Shown: piece after piece, positions 38,790 through 52,651 of the stretch | Layout: each line of letters begins with the position of its first letter | Position numbering within the stretch: the first letter of the stretch is position 1 | NCBI GenBank assembly: GCA_951406725.2 | Contig: OX597830.1 | Coordinates: 12,648,001-12,712,000, forward strand | DNA length: 64,000 nt | Direction of reading: 5' to 3' | Origin: Octopus vulgaris | Taxonomy: Eukaryota | The notes under the pieces: generated by a model | What the model was told of the DNA's origin: nothing | Database searches by the model: none | Seen by the model: only the letters and a program-made list of their open reading frames with translations | Program-made: the position numbers and the translations under genes

Positions 38790-40224
38790 CGTGGGACAAA
38801 GAAAGACACAAGCATATATATATATATATATATACGACGGGCTTCTTTTAATTTCCGTCTACCGAATCCACTCACAAGGCTTTGGTCGGCCTGAGGCTAT
38901 AGTAGAAGACACTTGCCCAAGATGCCACGCAGTGGGATTAATCCCGGAACCATGTCGTTGAAAAGCAAGCTTCTCACCACACAGCCACGCCTAGGCCTGC
39001 GTGCATATATGTATACACACATACACATATATACATACATACATATATACATATATGCATGTATATGTATGCATATGCATACATGTATGTATATATAAAT
39101 ATATTTATGTATGTGTGAGTTCATTGTATATATATATATATATATATAAATATATATATATATATGTATATGTGTGTGTGTATGTGTGTAGATATGCACA
39201 TATATATGTACATCTATATATTTGTACATATATCTCTTATTTTTTATTTGATTCAGTCATTAGACTGCGGCTATGCTGGCTGGTGGTGGTGGGGGGAGGC
39301 ACATCGTTTGAAGAATGTTTAGTCGAATTAATGATCCCAGGACTTTTTTCAACCTGATAATTAGTCTATCAGTCAGTTTTGTGGAACCGCTGCCTTACGA
39401 GAACATAAATAAACCAATAATAGTGTGAGACAAGCATAAGGACACAAAATACACAGACAGACACGCGCACGCGCGCATTTATATTACAGTTTTACTCTTT
39501 TACTCTTTTACTGGTTTCAGTCATTTGACTGCGGCCATGCTGGTGCTCCGCCTTTTAGTCTGGCAAATCGACCCCAGGACTTATTCTTTGTAAGCCTACT
39601 ACTTATTGTATCGGTCTCTTTCGCCGAACCGCTAAGTTACGGGAACGCAAACACACCAGCATCGGTTGTCAAGCGATGTTGGGGGGACAATCACAGACAC
39701 ACAAACACACACAAATTTTTACATATGTACGACGGGCTTCTTTTCAGTTTCCGTCTACCAAATCCACTCACAAGGCTTTGGTCGGCCCGATGCTATAGAA
39801 GAAGACACCTGCCCAAGGTGCCACGCAGTAGGACTGAACCCGGAACCATGTGGTATATATATATATATATATATATACGTGACTCTGTGGTAAGAAGCTT
39901 GCTTCCTAACAACATTGTTCAGGGTTCAGTCTCACTATGTGGCACATTGGGTAAGTGTCTTTTACTATAGTCTCAGGCAGACCAAAGCTTTGTGAGTGGA
40001 TTTAGTAGAAGGAATCTGAAAGAAAACTGTCGTGTATGTGTGTGTGTGTTTGTGTATGTCTTTGTGTGTGTGTGTGTGTGTGTGCCTCTGTGTGCCTCTG
40101 TGTGTGTGTGTGTGTACCTTCGTGTCTGTTTGTCCCGCACCTCCACATGACAAGCGTTGCTAGTTTACGTTCTGTAAATTAGCGGTTCGGCAAAAGTGAC
40201 CGATAAAGTATCCGACTTTATGAA

Positions 40225-40259
<35 letters not shown>

Positions 40260-40480
40260 GTAGTGCGGTCGATTCATTCGATTTAAGATTGTTCAAGGCG
40301 ATACCCTAGCATGGCCGCAGTCTATTGCCTAAAACAAATAAAGGATGCGAGGAATTTCTTTCAGTTTCTATCTACCAAATTCACTTGCAACGAGGCTATA
40401 GTAGAAGACATTTGCCCGAGGTGCTACGCAATAGAACTGAAGCCAGAACCGTGCGATTGGAAAGCAAGCTTCTCACCCCT
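38790..40480. mobile_element. Cluster of SINE family B copies in both orientations, with microsatellites
   Basis: Minus copies at 38790-38995, 39240-39420, 39490-39855 and 40350-40480; plus copy at 39878-40340. Confidence 0.85.
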
Positions 40481-40499
40481 CCTCTCTCTCTTTCTCTCT

Positions 40500-40550
40500 G
40501 TATATACTATGTATGTATATATTTATATATACATACATATGTGTATGTGA

Positions 40551-40640
<90 letters not shown>

Positions 40641-40837
40641 TATATAAGGGAAGAATCACTATTCTGCAATTCAAACAATGGTAGACATAAACCAAATCAT
40701 AAATAAAAAATAACATATATATTTCATAAAACATATAACAAGATCACGAAAAGTATAAAAATGAATAATCAATATATAATAAGTAAAAAACATTTATATT
40801 TATATATATATTGATATATATATGTATATACATATAC

Positions 40838-40894
<57 letters not shown>

Positions 40895-40932
40895 CATATA
40901 TATATATCTTATATATATATATGTATATATAT

Positions 40933-40993
<61 letters not shown>

Positions 40994-41250
40994 TATACAC
41001 TTTCATTAAAGCTGCAGTATTTTCACAAACATACAAGTGCTATTTTACTCCACCTTGTATTGCATTTATGTGCTTACTTGTATGTATGTATACATGCCTA
41101 CATACATATATATACATATATATATATACATACATATATGTGTGTGTGTGTATTTGTATACATACATACATATCATATATATATATATATATATATATAC
41201 GTACATAAGTATATACATAATTATACGGATATGTGTGAATATAGATTACA
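40500..41250. repeat. Compound (TA)n/(TACA)n microsatellite field
   Basis: Direct tandem runs; source of the YIYI ORFs. Confidence 0.95.
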
Positions 41251-41429
41251 TATACAAACATGACTAAAAGAATATAACGAAGAATGCGTATAAGTTTTTT
41301 CCATAGTTATATTTTCAAATAAAAACTATCAGTTTGCCAAAATACAGAATGTTTTGCCTGAGAACGACGATGCATTTCATACGACCTAAGTTTTAATATT
41401 TTCATTTCCTATCTCTTAAACATATACCT

Positions 41430-41568
41430 ATTTCTTTATTACCCACAAGGGGCTAAACACAGAGGGGACAAACAAGGACAGACATAGGTATTAAGTCGAT
41501 TACATCGACCCCAGTGCGTAACTGGTACTTAATTTATCGATCCCGAAAGGATGAAAGGCAAAGTCGAC
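41430..41568 (-). mobile_element. 5'-truncated family A/Tx1-tail SINE with 17-bp TSD
   Basis: TSD CTCTTAAACATATACCT at 41413-41429 and 41569-41585. Confidence 0.9.
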
Positions 41569-41694
41569 CTCTTAAACATATACCTGTTCACTGCTGCTTA
41601 TCTAAAATATATTTTACCTGTGTTTTAGCTAAGGCGTAACTTACTAAAATATATTTTCATTAAAAAGCAAGACTTTGAACAATTTTTATTATAG

Positions 41695-42085
41695 TTTACT
41701 CTTTACTCTTTTACTTGTTTCAGTCATTTGACTGCGGCCATGCAACTCGACGCCGGGACTTATTCTTTTGTAAGCCCAGTACTTATTCTATCGGTCTCTT
41801 TTGCCAAACCGCTAAGTTACGGGGACATAAACACAACAGCATCGGTTGTCAAGCAATGCTAGGGGGACAAACACAGACGCACAAACACACACACGCATAT
41901 ATATATATATATACATATATTCGACATGCTTCTTTCAGTTTCCGTCTGCCAAATCCACTCACAAGGCTTTGGTCGGCCCGAGACTATAGTAGAAGACACT
42001 TGCCCAAGGTGCCACGCAGTGGGACTGAACCCGGAACCATGTGGTTGGTAAGCAAGCTACTTACCACACAGCCACTCCTGCGCCT
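41695..42085 (-). mobile_element. SINE family B, near full length
   Basis: Close match to the 20865-21285 and 60390-60810 copies. Confidence 0.9.
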
Positions 42086-42473
42086 ATTCTACAAAAAATT
42101 ATATACACAAACATGACTAAAAGAATATAATGAAGAATGCGTATAAATATAGTTTATAAATATTTTTTCCGTACTTATTTTTTAAAAGAACTGTTATATG
42201 TCTAGGTGTTGGTGGTGAAGGGGAGACGCGTATATAAAATAAATACCATTTGAACACTGGGGGATGATGTGTCACTCCCCACAAAATTATACAATACAGT
42301 AGAAAGAATTTTCTTTTCCTGCTCTTAACGTTCTGAGTTCAAATCCACTTTTTTCAGCCTTTGTTTTTCATTCTTTCGGGATCGATAAGATAAGTAGCAT
42401 TTGAGCACTGAGGTCGATGTAATCGACTTGGCCCCTCCTCTAAAGTGGTTTGCCTGGTGCCAAAATTTGAAAC

Positions 42474-42496
42474 CATTATTATTATTATTATTATTA

Positions 42497-42551
<55 letters not shown>

Positions 42552-42554
42552 TAC

Positions 42555-42621
<67 letters not shown>

Positions 42622-42736
42622 TACTTGGCAGAAGTTACCGAATGACTCTAGTGCCGTTTATTCCACATATGTGTGAGCGTGTGTGTGTGTGTGTGTGTAG
42701 TAGTAGCAGCAGCAGTAATAGTAGTAGTAGTAGTAA

Positions 42737-42781
<45 letters not shown>

Positions 42782-43007
42782 CAGCAGCAGCAGTAGTTTT
42801 AGTAAAAGCTAAAAAAGTATTGAAAAAGTATTTAAAAATATATTAAAATTTGCGTAGCTGTGCTTTTAATAAATAACACACACTCTTATATACATAATAC
42901 ATACATACATATATACACATATACATGCATACATACATACATACATACATACATACATACACATATACATGATACATACATACATACATACATACATACA
43001 CACACAC

Positions 43008-43040
<33 letters not shown>

Positions 43041-43142
43041 CATACATGCATACACACAAATATATACATGCATGCATGCACGCATACATACATACATACA
43101 TACATACATACATACATACATACATACATAGCTCTCACACAC

Positions 43143-43231
<89 letters not shown>

Positions 43232-43240
43232 GTGAGAGAG
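42474..43240. repeat. Compound microsatellites (ATT)n, (TG)n, (TAG)n, (CATA)n, (GATA)n
   Basis: Direct tandem runs. Confidence 0.95.
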
Positions 43241-43609
43241 AGAGAGAGATACAATGCATACATACAAACATACGTATATGCAAATCATATATATGCATAT
43301 ATGAGGTCATCCAAGGGTGCCCCAAACTTGAGCTACTGTGATTTTACACCAAGAGTGTAAATCTGTTTACGCCACTGTTTAGGGCGGTGCAGCCAGCGAT
43401 AAGCTGGCGACCGAGCTTTGCTCTACTTGGATGCTGTGCAGTTCTTCTAATTCCAAAATATATTTTGTTTTTCTCATTTTGTGTCCATATTTTCCATCTC
43501 CGAACGAAACTGAAATTAGGCCTAATAAACAGATTACATTGATATCGAAAGTAGTTGGGGTGTACATCTATGTGTGCGTGTGTGTGTGAGTATGAATGTG
43601 TGTTCGTGC

Positions 43610-43640
<31 letters not shown>

Positions 43641-45064
43641 CACGCGTGCGTGTGCGTGTGTGTGAGTGCAACATTGTGTGCATTTCGTGTTGCATTTATT
43701 TACGCATGCACAAGTATGTTCATTTGTTTTTTTAGCGTATCAGCTTGCGTGTAAATAAATATATATGCGCATAAAGTCAATGCATTTATGTGCAGGCAAT
43801 AAAAAGGTAGAATTGCACGAAAACGAGATACATTCTTCAAAAGATTTTTCTAATCTTCAAAATGAAATGTTTATAAATAAAAATGTTGCATTGTTTATTG
43901 CTTTGGTGGTGAAGAAAATCATGGGAACGACTGATGAGCTAGAGGGAAAATATGTACTGCCAAAATATCGATATATAGACTAAAATACCATACAAGATAA
44001 TTTTGCATCGTGGATGATATTAACCTAACATAACTCCTGAATAGAAAACTAAACATATTTTTGCAGAATGTAAACAAAGCGATGTATTTCTATAGTTACT
44101 ATTTATTCAGTTGAAGTAATCTAGAGATTGTCAAATTGTATAGCGATGAAGAATGAGAAGCGAGCTCTTAAAAGTGTTAGGATAAGAAAAGAAAAAAAAA
44201 TCTTATCATAACAAAAAGTAACATACCTCTTTGAAAAGCGTTTAACAGTCCGCAGTGATAGACCAGCAGCTATCCATAAGTGCATTGCTTTGTTAGAAAG
44301 AAAAATAATATGAAAACTGTTGGATAGATCGGAGTCTTTAGCATTTAGTTGTGACTGAGTATCATTTCGTGTCGGTGATCAGTGGCAGAGTAAAGATAAT
44401 TAACAGGACCTTGTCACCAGAGCGCAATGACTTGGGTATTAAAATCACATGGATAACATTACTTATTGTAACTGGTACAAGGAGATATATAAACGCGAAT
44501 GAATACCAACCAACTCCGTGCTTGGTATGTGAGGGAAAAAACTCATTGATCTGATTAGCCACATGCGTTAGCATCCATTGGCAACAGGCAGCAGCAGCCT
44601 GGCAGAGTAGTCCGAACGAGTAGGACTCGTTGGATGGTGGGTGATTTGTGATGAATTACCAAACAAGTAGTCGATTGGTTTTGTTGTGGTTCTTATCGTC
44701 ATTGTCATGTTTAACATTCGTTGTCAGTTTTAATTGCAGTGATCGTTTTTAATTGCAGTTTATCCCAGTTGCTACAGCAATTGTTAGCAAACGGGATGCG
44801 GAACTACTGGGACCGAGTTCAAGGTTCGTTGTTCGTTACTGTAATATTTCATTGGTCTAAACAAAGATTCCTGTCTGTTCTTTACTAGAGACAGAAAGCT
44901 AAGTGACATCTAAATACACTTACGGGCAACAATGCGTTTCCACTGTCAACTGTCAACTTTCATTTCTCATTTAACAAAACGAGAACGCTATTGCAGCTGC
45001 TACTACAACACCTATCAGGGATGCTATTACTTCTTTATACTGGTGCACTTCCAAAACATCAATA

Positions 45065-45072
45065 TACTACTG

Positions 45073-45138
<66 letters not shown>

Positions 45139-45217
45139 TTACAACAACTACTACTACTAATACTACTAATGCTACTACTATTACTACTACTACTACTACA
45201 ACAACTACTACTACTAC

Positions 45218-45273
<56 letters not shown>

Positions 45274-45331
45274 TTACTACTACTACTACTATGACTACTA
45301 CTACTACTATTACTACTAATACTACTACTAT

Positions 45332-45370
<39 letters not shown>

Positions 45371-45381
45371 AACTACTGCTG

Positions 45382-45413
<32 letters not shown>

Positions 45414-45437
45414 GCTACTACTACTACTACTACTACT
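45065..45437. repeat. Long imperfect (TAC)n microsatellite
   Basis: Direct tandem run; gives poly-Thr/poly-Leu ORFs. Confidence 0.96.
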
Positions 45438-45725
45438 GAATTATCGCTAAAAATATAAATAAAATAATGCTAAAATAATCATAAAATAATTTACGTCGAC
45501 ATGAAAAGAAAACATTACAACATATTTTGTCATGTGCGCATCCACACACACATACACCCACATATACACACATTTATATATTGGATATAAGACACATGTA
45601 CATATGCTTAAATAAACACGTATACACATACGCTCGCACACACACCTACACATATACATATACATATCTATATTTATATATGCACAAAGATATGTATGTG
45701 TATATATATATATTAATGCACAAAC

Positions 45726-45790
<65 letters not shown>

Positions 45791-45794
45791 CATA

Positions 45795-45849
<55 letters not shown>

Positions 45850-46064
45850 TTACATATATATATACATATATATATGTAGGTCCCAGGTTGAGTCGGGGTT
45901 AACCACAGTAAATAAGGTATGTCACCTAGCTTCCTGATGATTTCTTTTGAATGAAACAGTTCTAGTCCTGTAGAAGCTCCTTCTATAAAATAAAATATAC
46001 ATATATATATGTATATATATATATATATATATATAAATACATATATATATGTATATATATATAC

Positions 46065-46127
<63 letters not shown>

Positions 46128-46664
46128 TACATGAATATATTTATATGCGAACACACATATGTATGGATGTATACACACACACAGACAGGAATAGAGAGAG
46201 AAAGATATGTATTGTCGGATGGGTTTCTGCATGTATCTATGTATACGTATGCATATATGCATTCATTTACCCTTCGCATGTTTATATTTTTTTCTTTTTA
46301 CACCTGTAAATCTCATATGACCATAGCTATCTCTGTCGGTAAAGCTTTGCTTTAATATGTGTTTATGGAGCACGGTGAGACAGCACTGAGGTATTCAATG
46401 CCAGTCACATTGTTAAAGAAGTTTAAAAGACCATCAGTTGTCTGTACAGCAGGTTTGCCTTCTCTTGTCGTCTGGTATTGTTCAGACGAGAGCAAAAACG
46501 CCCGTTTCGACGCTGCCGTTGCCAGAAGAAAGTTAAAGACGGCATTGATTTGCTCTTCTGGTTTTTGTTGTCGATTAAACAATCGAACTCATTACTTGAC
46601 GCGTAATTTAGTTCAAGCCCAGAGAGGTGAGAGATAAAATTAATCTCGGCATATGTGTATAGGT

Positions 46665-46793
<129 letters not shown>

Positions 46794-46815
46794 CATATAT
46801 ATGTATATATATATG

Positions 46816-46903
<88 letters not shown>

Positions 46904-46999
46904 TCACACATATACACACACTGACAAATACCACATACCACAAGCGGGCGAGCGCGCACACACACACACACACACGTGCACACACATACACGTACACAC

Positions 47000-47165
47000 A
47001 TACACGACGAGCTTCTTTCAGTTTCCGTCTACCAAATCCACTCACGAGATTTTAGTCGGCCCGAGGTTATAGTAGAAGACACTTGCCCAAGGTGCTACGC
47101 AATGGAACTGAGCTCAGAGCCATATAGTTGGGAAGCAAGCTTCTTATCACACAGCCACGCCTGCG
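47000..47165 (-). mobile_element. SINE family B 5' half
   Basis: Consensus match. Confidence 0.85.
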
Positions 47166-47236
47166 CACATACATGTATATGTGTGTATATATATATGTGT
47201 GTGTATGTGTATGTGCGTGTGTGTATATAGAAGAGA

Positions 47237-47618
47237 GAAGCACTCCGTCGGTTACGACGACGAGGGTTCCGGTTGATCCGAATCAACGGAACAGCCTGCT
47301 CGTGAAATTAACGTGTAAGTGGCTGAGCACTCCACAGACACGTGTACCCTTAACGTAGTTCTCGGGGATATTCAGTGTGACACAGAGAGTGATAAGGCCG
47401 GCCTTTTGAAAATACAGGTACAACAGAAACCGGAAGTAAGAGTGAGAGAAAGTTGTGGTGAAAGAGTACAGCAGGGATCACAACCATCCCCTGCCGGAGC
47501 CTCGTGAAGCTTTAGGTGTTTTCGCTCAATAAACACTCACAACGCCCGGTCTGGGAATCGAAACCGCGATCCTATGACCGCGAGTCCGCTGCCCTAACCA
47601 CTGGGCCATTGCGCCTCC
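47237..47618 (-). mobile_element. SINE family C (tRNA-Arg-like head), apparently full length
   Basis: Minus strand GGAGGCGCAATGGCCCAGTGGTTAGGGCAGCGGACTCGCGGTC...GGTTTCGATTCCC has A and B boxes and a long non-tRNA body. A related fragment lies on the plus strand at 47730-47908. Confidence 0.8.
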
Positions 47619-47654
47619 ACTGTGTGTGTATATATATGTGTATGTGTGTCTGTG

Positions 47655-47706
<52 letters not shown>

Positions 47707-47903
47707 CACACACACACACACACACAGATACTGTGACCGCGTGTGTACCGTTGGCTGTACTCTTACGCCACAACTTTCTCTCACTCTTTCTTCTATTTGG
47801 CCTGCCCGCTTAGCCAGTGAGGTGGCGTCATTTGAAGGCTAAAACAATGCGAAGCGCATTGTGACCAGCGCTACTTCTTTTTCGGTCGGTCACGGTGATT
47901 ACG

Positions 47904-47945
<42 letters not shown>

Positions 47946-48358
47946 TATATGATGAAGCGAAGTAGCTAGTTCTAAAATCTCTATAAGAGACCCAAGTAGT
48001 AACTTTACCGAAAAGTAATGGTTGTTAGCACCTCAACATGGTTGTTTCGTACAGTACGATGTTGCTACTTCTCAGTTGGAACTAGCTACTTTGCTTGTTG
48101 CAAGATCAGCGGCTGAATGTCGCTTATTTATTGATATATTGCGATCTGGGAAGAACGACTGCCACGTCTAGCAGACAAGTGCACAGTACTGAGAAAGGGT
48201 AGGGCCCTTAAACCGGCTGGTCTACTAGTCCTGTCAATGCTGGTTGAGAGTTGTTCGGTCTCTTGTGTGCAATATAACGGACACTGATAGTGTGTCATTA
48301 ACCAGCTGGAGGAGGTGCCCTCCTGGGGTTAAAAAAGAGTAGTAACATTGTTCTGTAC

Positions 48359-50936
48359 TAGGCCTCGAAACCGGTTTTGTATTATGATCAGTAAAACCGA
48401 AACGGATTTGCCAAAACCGATTTTAATGCTTGCTGTTTCTATTTTTTTTTTCGCAAATATTTTTCTTTTGAAGAAATATCGTTGAAACTGAACTAACTGA
48501 ACTGTTGTCGGTCGCCTTTAGTTGAGAGTGCTGTCTGTTTCATTGAAACAAATCGTAATATATCAGTTCTCACCTTCTCTCCCCTTGAACCTTAGATCAG
48601 CACCTTGTCATTTCCTTCGCTAACCCCTGGCTGACTCTTTGAATTTGGAGGTAACAGAATTTATTAATAGCAAGTCAAGGGGATGCTGTTAGTCTTCAGT
48701 CGGGTGATCTTTCTCGTTGAGCATATGTAATAACCAGTTCTAGATTCATTTCAAGGAAGTAACGCTAACTAAATTTTTTCTTAATTATTTTCATTAGCCC
48801 TAGCATGATAAAAAGAAAATCAACTGTTTGGAATTTGTTTCGATAGGAAAAACAAAGATGAAGCTCAATGCAATAAGTGTGATAAGATCATGAAGTCTTC
48901 TGGAGGATCTACTTCGTCTCTGATCCTGCACTTGAAGAAAATTCATCAAATCGGCATAAATCAAGATGCAAACCAGCCTCCTGGGAAAATGACAAGAACA
49001 ATGGAACAGTTTTTAACAAAAAAATCTATGGAAGAAGAAGTTTCAAAGTTAGCTGCTATGGATGGATTCTCTTTCAATTCAATCGCGAAAAGCGATTTTA
49101 CAGAGAATTCTTCATAGTCAGAGAGGCAAATATGATAAATTACAACCAACATCTGTAAACGGAGTCAGGAATATGGTTAATGAATTATTACATAACCAAG
49201 AAAGAAGAAATTATTCATTATTTTGAAAAAGAAGTAGCTTTGAGGATTCGCTACTCATTGACATTGAATGAATACACATCAATTCAAAATAAACGATATA
49301 TGAACATAAATGTTCATGGGAAAGACAATCATTGGGAGTTTGGTCTTATTGAGATCCATGGCTCCCTTAATAGCAGGAGAACAGAGCAATTGGTGAAAGG
49401 ACATCTTCGTGAATTTGGATTGGATTTTGATATAACATTGTTGGCTGTACGACGGATGATGCTTCTATGATGGTGAAATTCGGAAAAGAAATAAGACCTG
49501 ATCACCAACAATGTCTCACACATAGCATAATCTGTCTGTGATCGACATTCTCTATCAAAAAAATATTGAAAATATTGCCTCAACCGATGAGACTGATAAA
49601 AAAAAGTGAAGTGATCACTATAACAGACGATAGTGATGAGGAAGCTGACATAAGCCAACAAGACATACTTTTTCAAACAGATTTGGCTCACGAAATGCTT
49701 GCTTACCCCAGCTAAAACCTGAATTTAACAATGTTTTAAATAAGGTAAGAAAAATTTCAAAACTTTTCCGTAAATCTCCTACAAAAAATGAAATTCTGCA
49801 GGATTTTGTACGAGCGAACATTGATAGCAGAGAATATAAACTTATACTGGATTGCAGAACTAGGTGGAATAGCACATTCCATATGATCGAGAGATTTTTT
49901 AAATTGAAAAGCTGCATTCCAAATGCTCTATGAGCAGTACTTTCCACAGATGCCGTAGCTGACAAGAATGGAAATCTCTCGATTTACTATATGAAATTCT
50001 GCACCCATTAGAAATTATTTTGAAGGCTATTTGCGCTGATGATACTGATTTACTGAAAGCGGAATATTCTATAGAATTTTTATTGAATAAACTTAATATC
50101 GTCGGCAACCCTTTGACTCTAAATCTTCGTGAAAGATTTATGCATAGATATAATATGAGAAGAAATGTCAAAACCTTGAATCTCTTGAGGTATTTACTTA
50201 ACCCAAGGAAGTTTAAAGGTGAATCCATTTCTGGACCTTTTCTGTTTTTTAACGAAACATTTAAGGAAGTATGCTGAACAAACATATAGGAGATAATTTC
50301 TTGAACATGATGCTGAGAACACAACAGAATTATACAAACAAAATGAAATAGGAGGGAACCTAAAAACAAGTGTTACTGTTGTCCCAACTACTTACGAAGG
50401 TAATGGACTCATGCGTGAATACATAAGCGCAATGAAGAAAATGAACTAAGAGCCCAAGATGGTAACAGATGGATTTGAAATTTCTAAAGAATTCGAATAT
50501 TTTGAAGTAACTTCGAACAGAAGTGAAAAGCTCGAGAAACTTTATAGAGCATTGCTTACAACTAAAGCAACTAGTTTCCAGTCGGAAAGAGCTGTTTCAA
50601 TTACTGAACTTTTCAACACAAAAATTAGCACAAGTTTGTCAGGTAAAACACTGAATGCATTGCGTTTTTTAAAAGATTATTTTCGAAGGAAAGTGAATCA
50701 TCAAGCAAGTCAAGAAACTTGATTGATTCTCAAATGTACAACGACTTGGAAAAACGTTGCATTCCTGATTAAATAAATATAATACCATTATTTTTTGTGG
50801 ATATCAGTCAACCTGTTTACTTCTTCGGTACAGGGACACGTTCTAAATCCGCGAAAACCGGTTTTTAACCGGTTTTGAGAATTACTTATAGTTAAACTCG
50901 GTGAAGGGAATTATCGGTTTTTTTTTGCGAGCCTTA
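48359..50936 (+). mobile_element. Full-length decayed hAT transposon
   Basis: Perfect 8-bp TSD TTCTGTAC (48351-58 / 50937-44); ends TAGGCCTCG / CGAGCCTTA; subterminal AAACCG motifs. Broken transposase with BED finger (AQCNKCDK..GGSTSSLILHLKKIH), YSLTLNEYTS, LILDCRTRWNSTFHMIERF and hATC ATSFQSERAVS. Confidence 0.93.
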
Positions 50937-51032
50937 TTCTGTACGGAACAGCCATGTTGCGGTGGTAACAACCACTATATGTATGTGTGTGTGTATGTGT
51001 GTGTGAATGTGTGTGCGTTCGTGCGTGCGTGC

Positions 51033-51109
<77 letters not shown>

Positions 51110-51270
51110 TGATCCCCTTCTTTTCAAGACGGAACCACTTTATGTCTTGAACTTTCTCTCTCATTTGGTTCGTTATTGGATTTTGGGTACCTAGTCCGAT
51201 CTGAGCAATTATTGTTCTTGTAAGTGTATTGAATTCACATATATACATATATGTGCGAGTGCGTGTGTGT

Positions 51271-51271
<1 letters not shown>

Positions 51272-51348
<77 letters not shown>
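51272..51348. repeat. (TAG)n microsatellite
   Basis: Direct tandem run. Confidence 0.96.
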
Positions 51349-52035
51349 ATATATGGATTCATAAAGTAGTGCAGTTAGCACAAAAATCGCCTTTATTGGA
51401 CTCGCCTAACAGACCACAGAGCAATCCGATACAGAGGAATATAGGGCGGAGTTCAATGCAGTTGGGGGATGTCCGGTGGTTAAATCAGTGGATTCATCCC
51501 TCATACCAGCTGACTTTTTATGGTACTTGTGTGTAAGAGTGTGTGTGCGAGTGAGAACAGGAGAAATTCTATCACAGGCTGACAGAAATCTGTTGTTGTC
51601 CATGTAATCCAGTACCACTTACTCCTGGCTAGGCGGTCGGCGACTAAAACGGAGCTTACTCAGTAACAAGGGCTCATAATTACATAGCAGCTTTAAAAGC
51701 ATAAACTGGAAAGAGGACCAACGGTCCCTATATCCTAGAAAGGAAATTGATGCAACTAGGTTCACCAAATCCAGAAAAAAACAATGGAATGGGAATTACA
51801 GCAACATTTGATTCTATACTGGACGTGCCAAAGAAAAAAAGAATCCTGGTTGAGAGAAGAGAAGATAATTAGTAAAATATATTCAGTTCTCCAACGGACT
51901 TGGCGCCTAGAAAAATTAGATGGATGAATTGATATATGAGTCTGCCTTATGTATATGTGTGAGTGTCAATGTATGTATGTATGTATGTATGTATGTATGT
52001 ATGTATGTATGTATATATGTATGTATATATGTATG

Positions 52036-52093
<58 letters not shown>

Positions 52094-52350
52094 ATAAAAT
52101 AATAAATAAAACATATGCATATATACATACATATATGTACGTACCTACATCTATATGTATATATACATGCATATATGGGGACAGGACACCAAAAAAAACG
52201 TCGAATACAATGAGAAACGAAAATATAAAAACAAAACCAAGGAAACGGACATTTTTTTAAACAAAGAAAAAGCAGAGTACAAGACATACAACACAAGGAA
52301 AATTCCTCTTCTTCAACCGCCTCTGTTTCGTCTACTCCGTGTTTCGAAGG

Positions 52351-52382
<32 letters not shown>

Positions 52383-52606
52383 TATATACAGAGAGAGGGG
52401 GGAGGGGGAGACAGAAACATGTATGCATATAAACAGATGAGTCTGTGTGTGTATGTTTCTACGTATGTATGAATATATAAATATGTACATATATATAAGT
52501 ATAGAACCCCCTCACTCACACACACATATATGTATATACATATATATTTACATATGTGTGTTTTTGTATATGTGTACATGCGTATATATATATATGTATA
52601 TTTATA

Positions 52607-52651
<45 letters not shown>

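Noticed and set aside
44991-45458. Thr-rich mucin-like ORF (155 aa)
   Set aside because: It is a pure (TAC)n microsatellite open in several frames, with no signal peptide, Pro/Ser content or splice evidence.
47540-47618. Apparent tRNA-Arg gene
   Set aside because: It has A/B boxes but no proper acceptor stem and continues into a SINE body.
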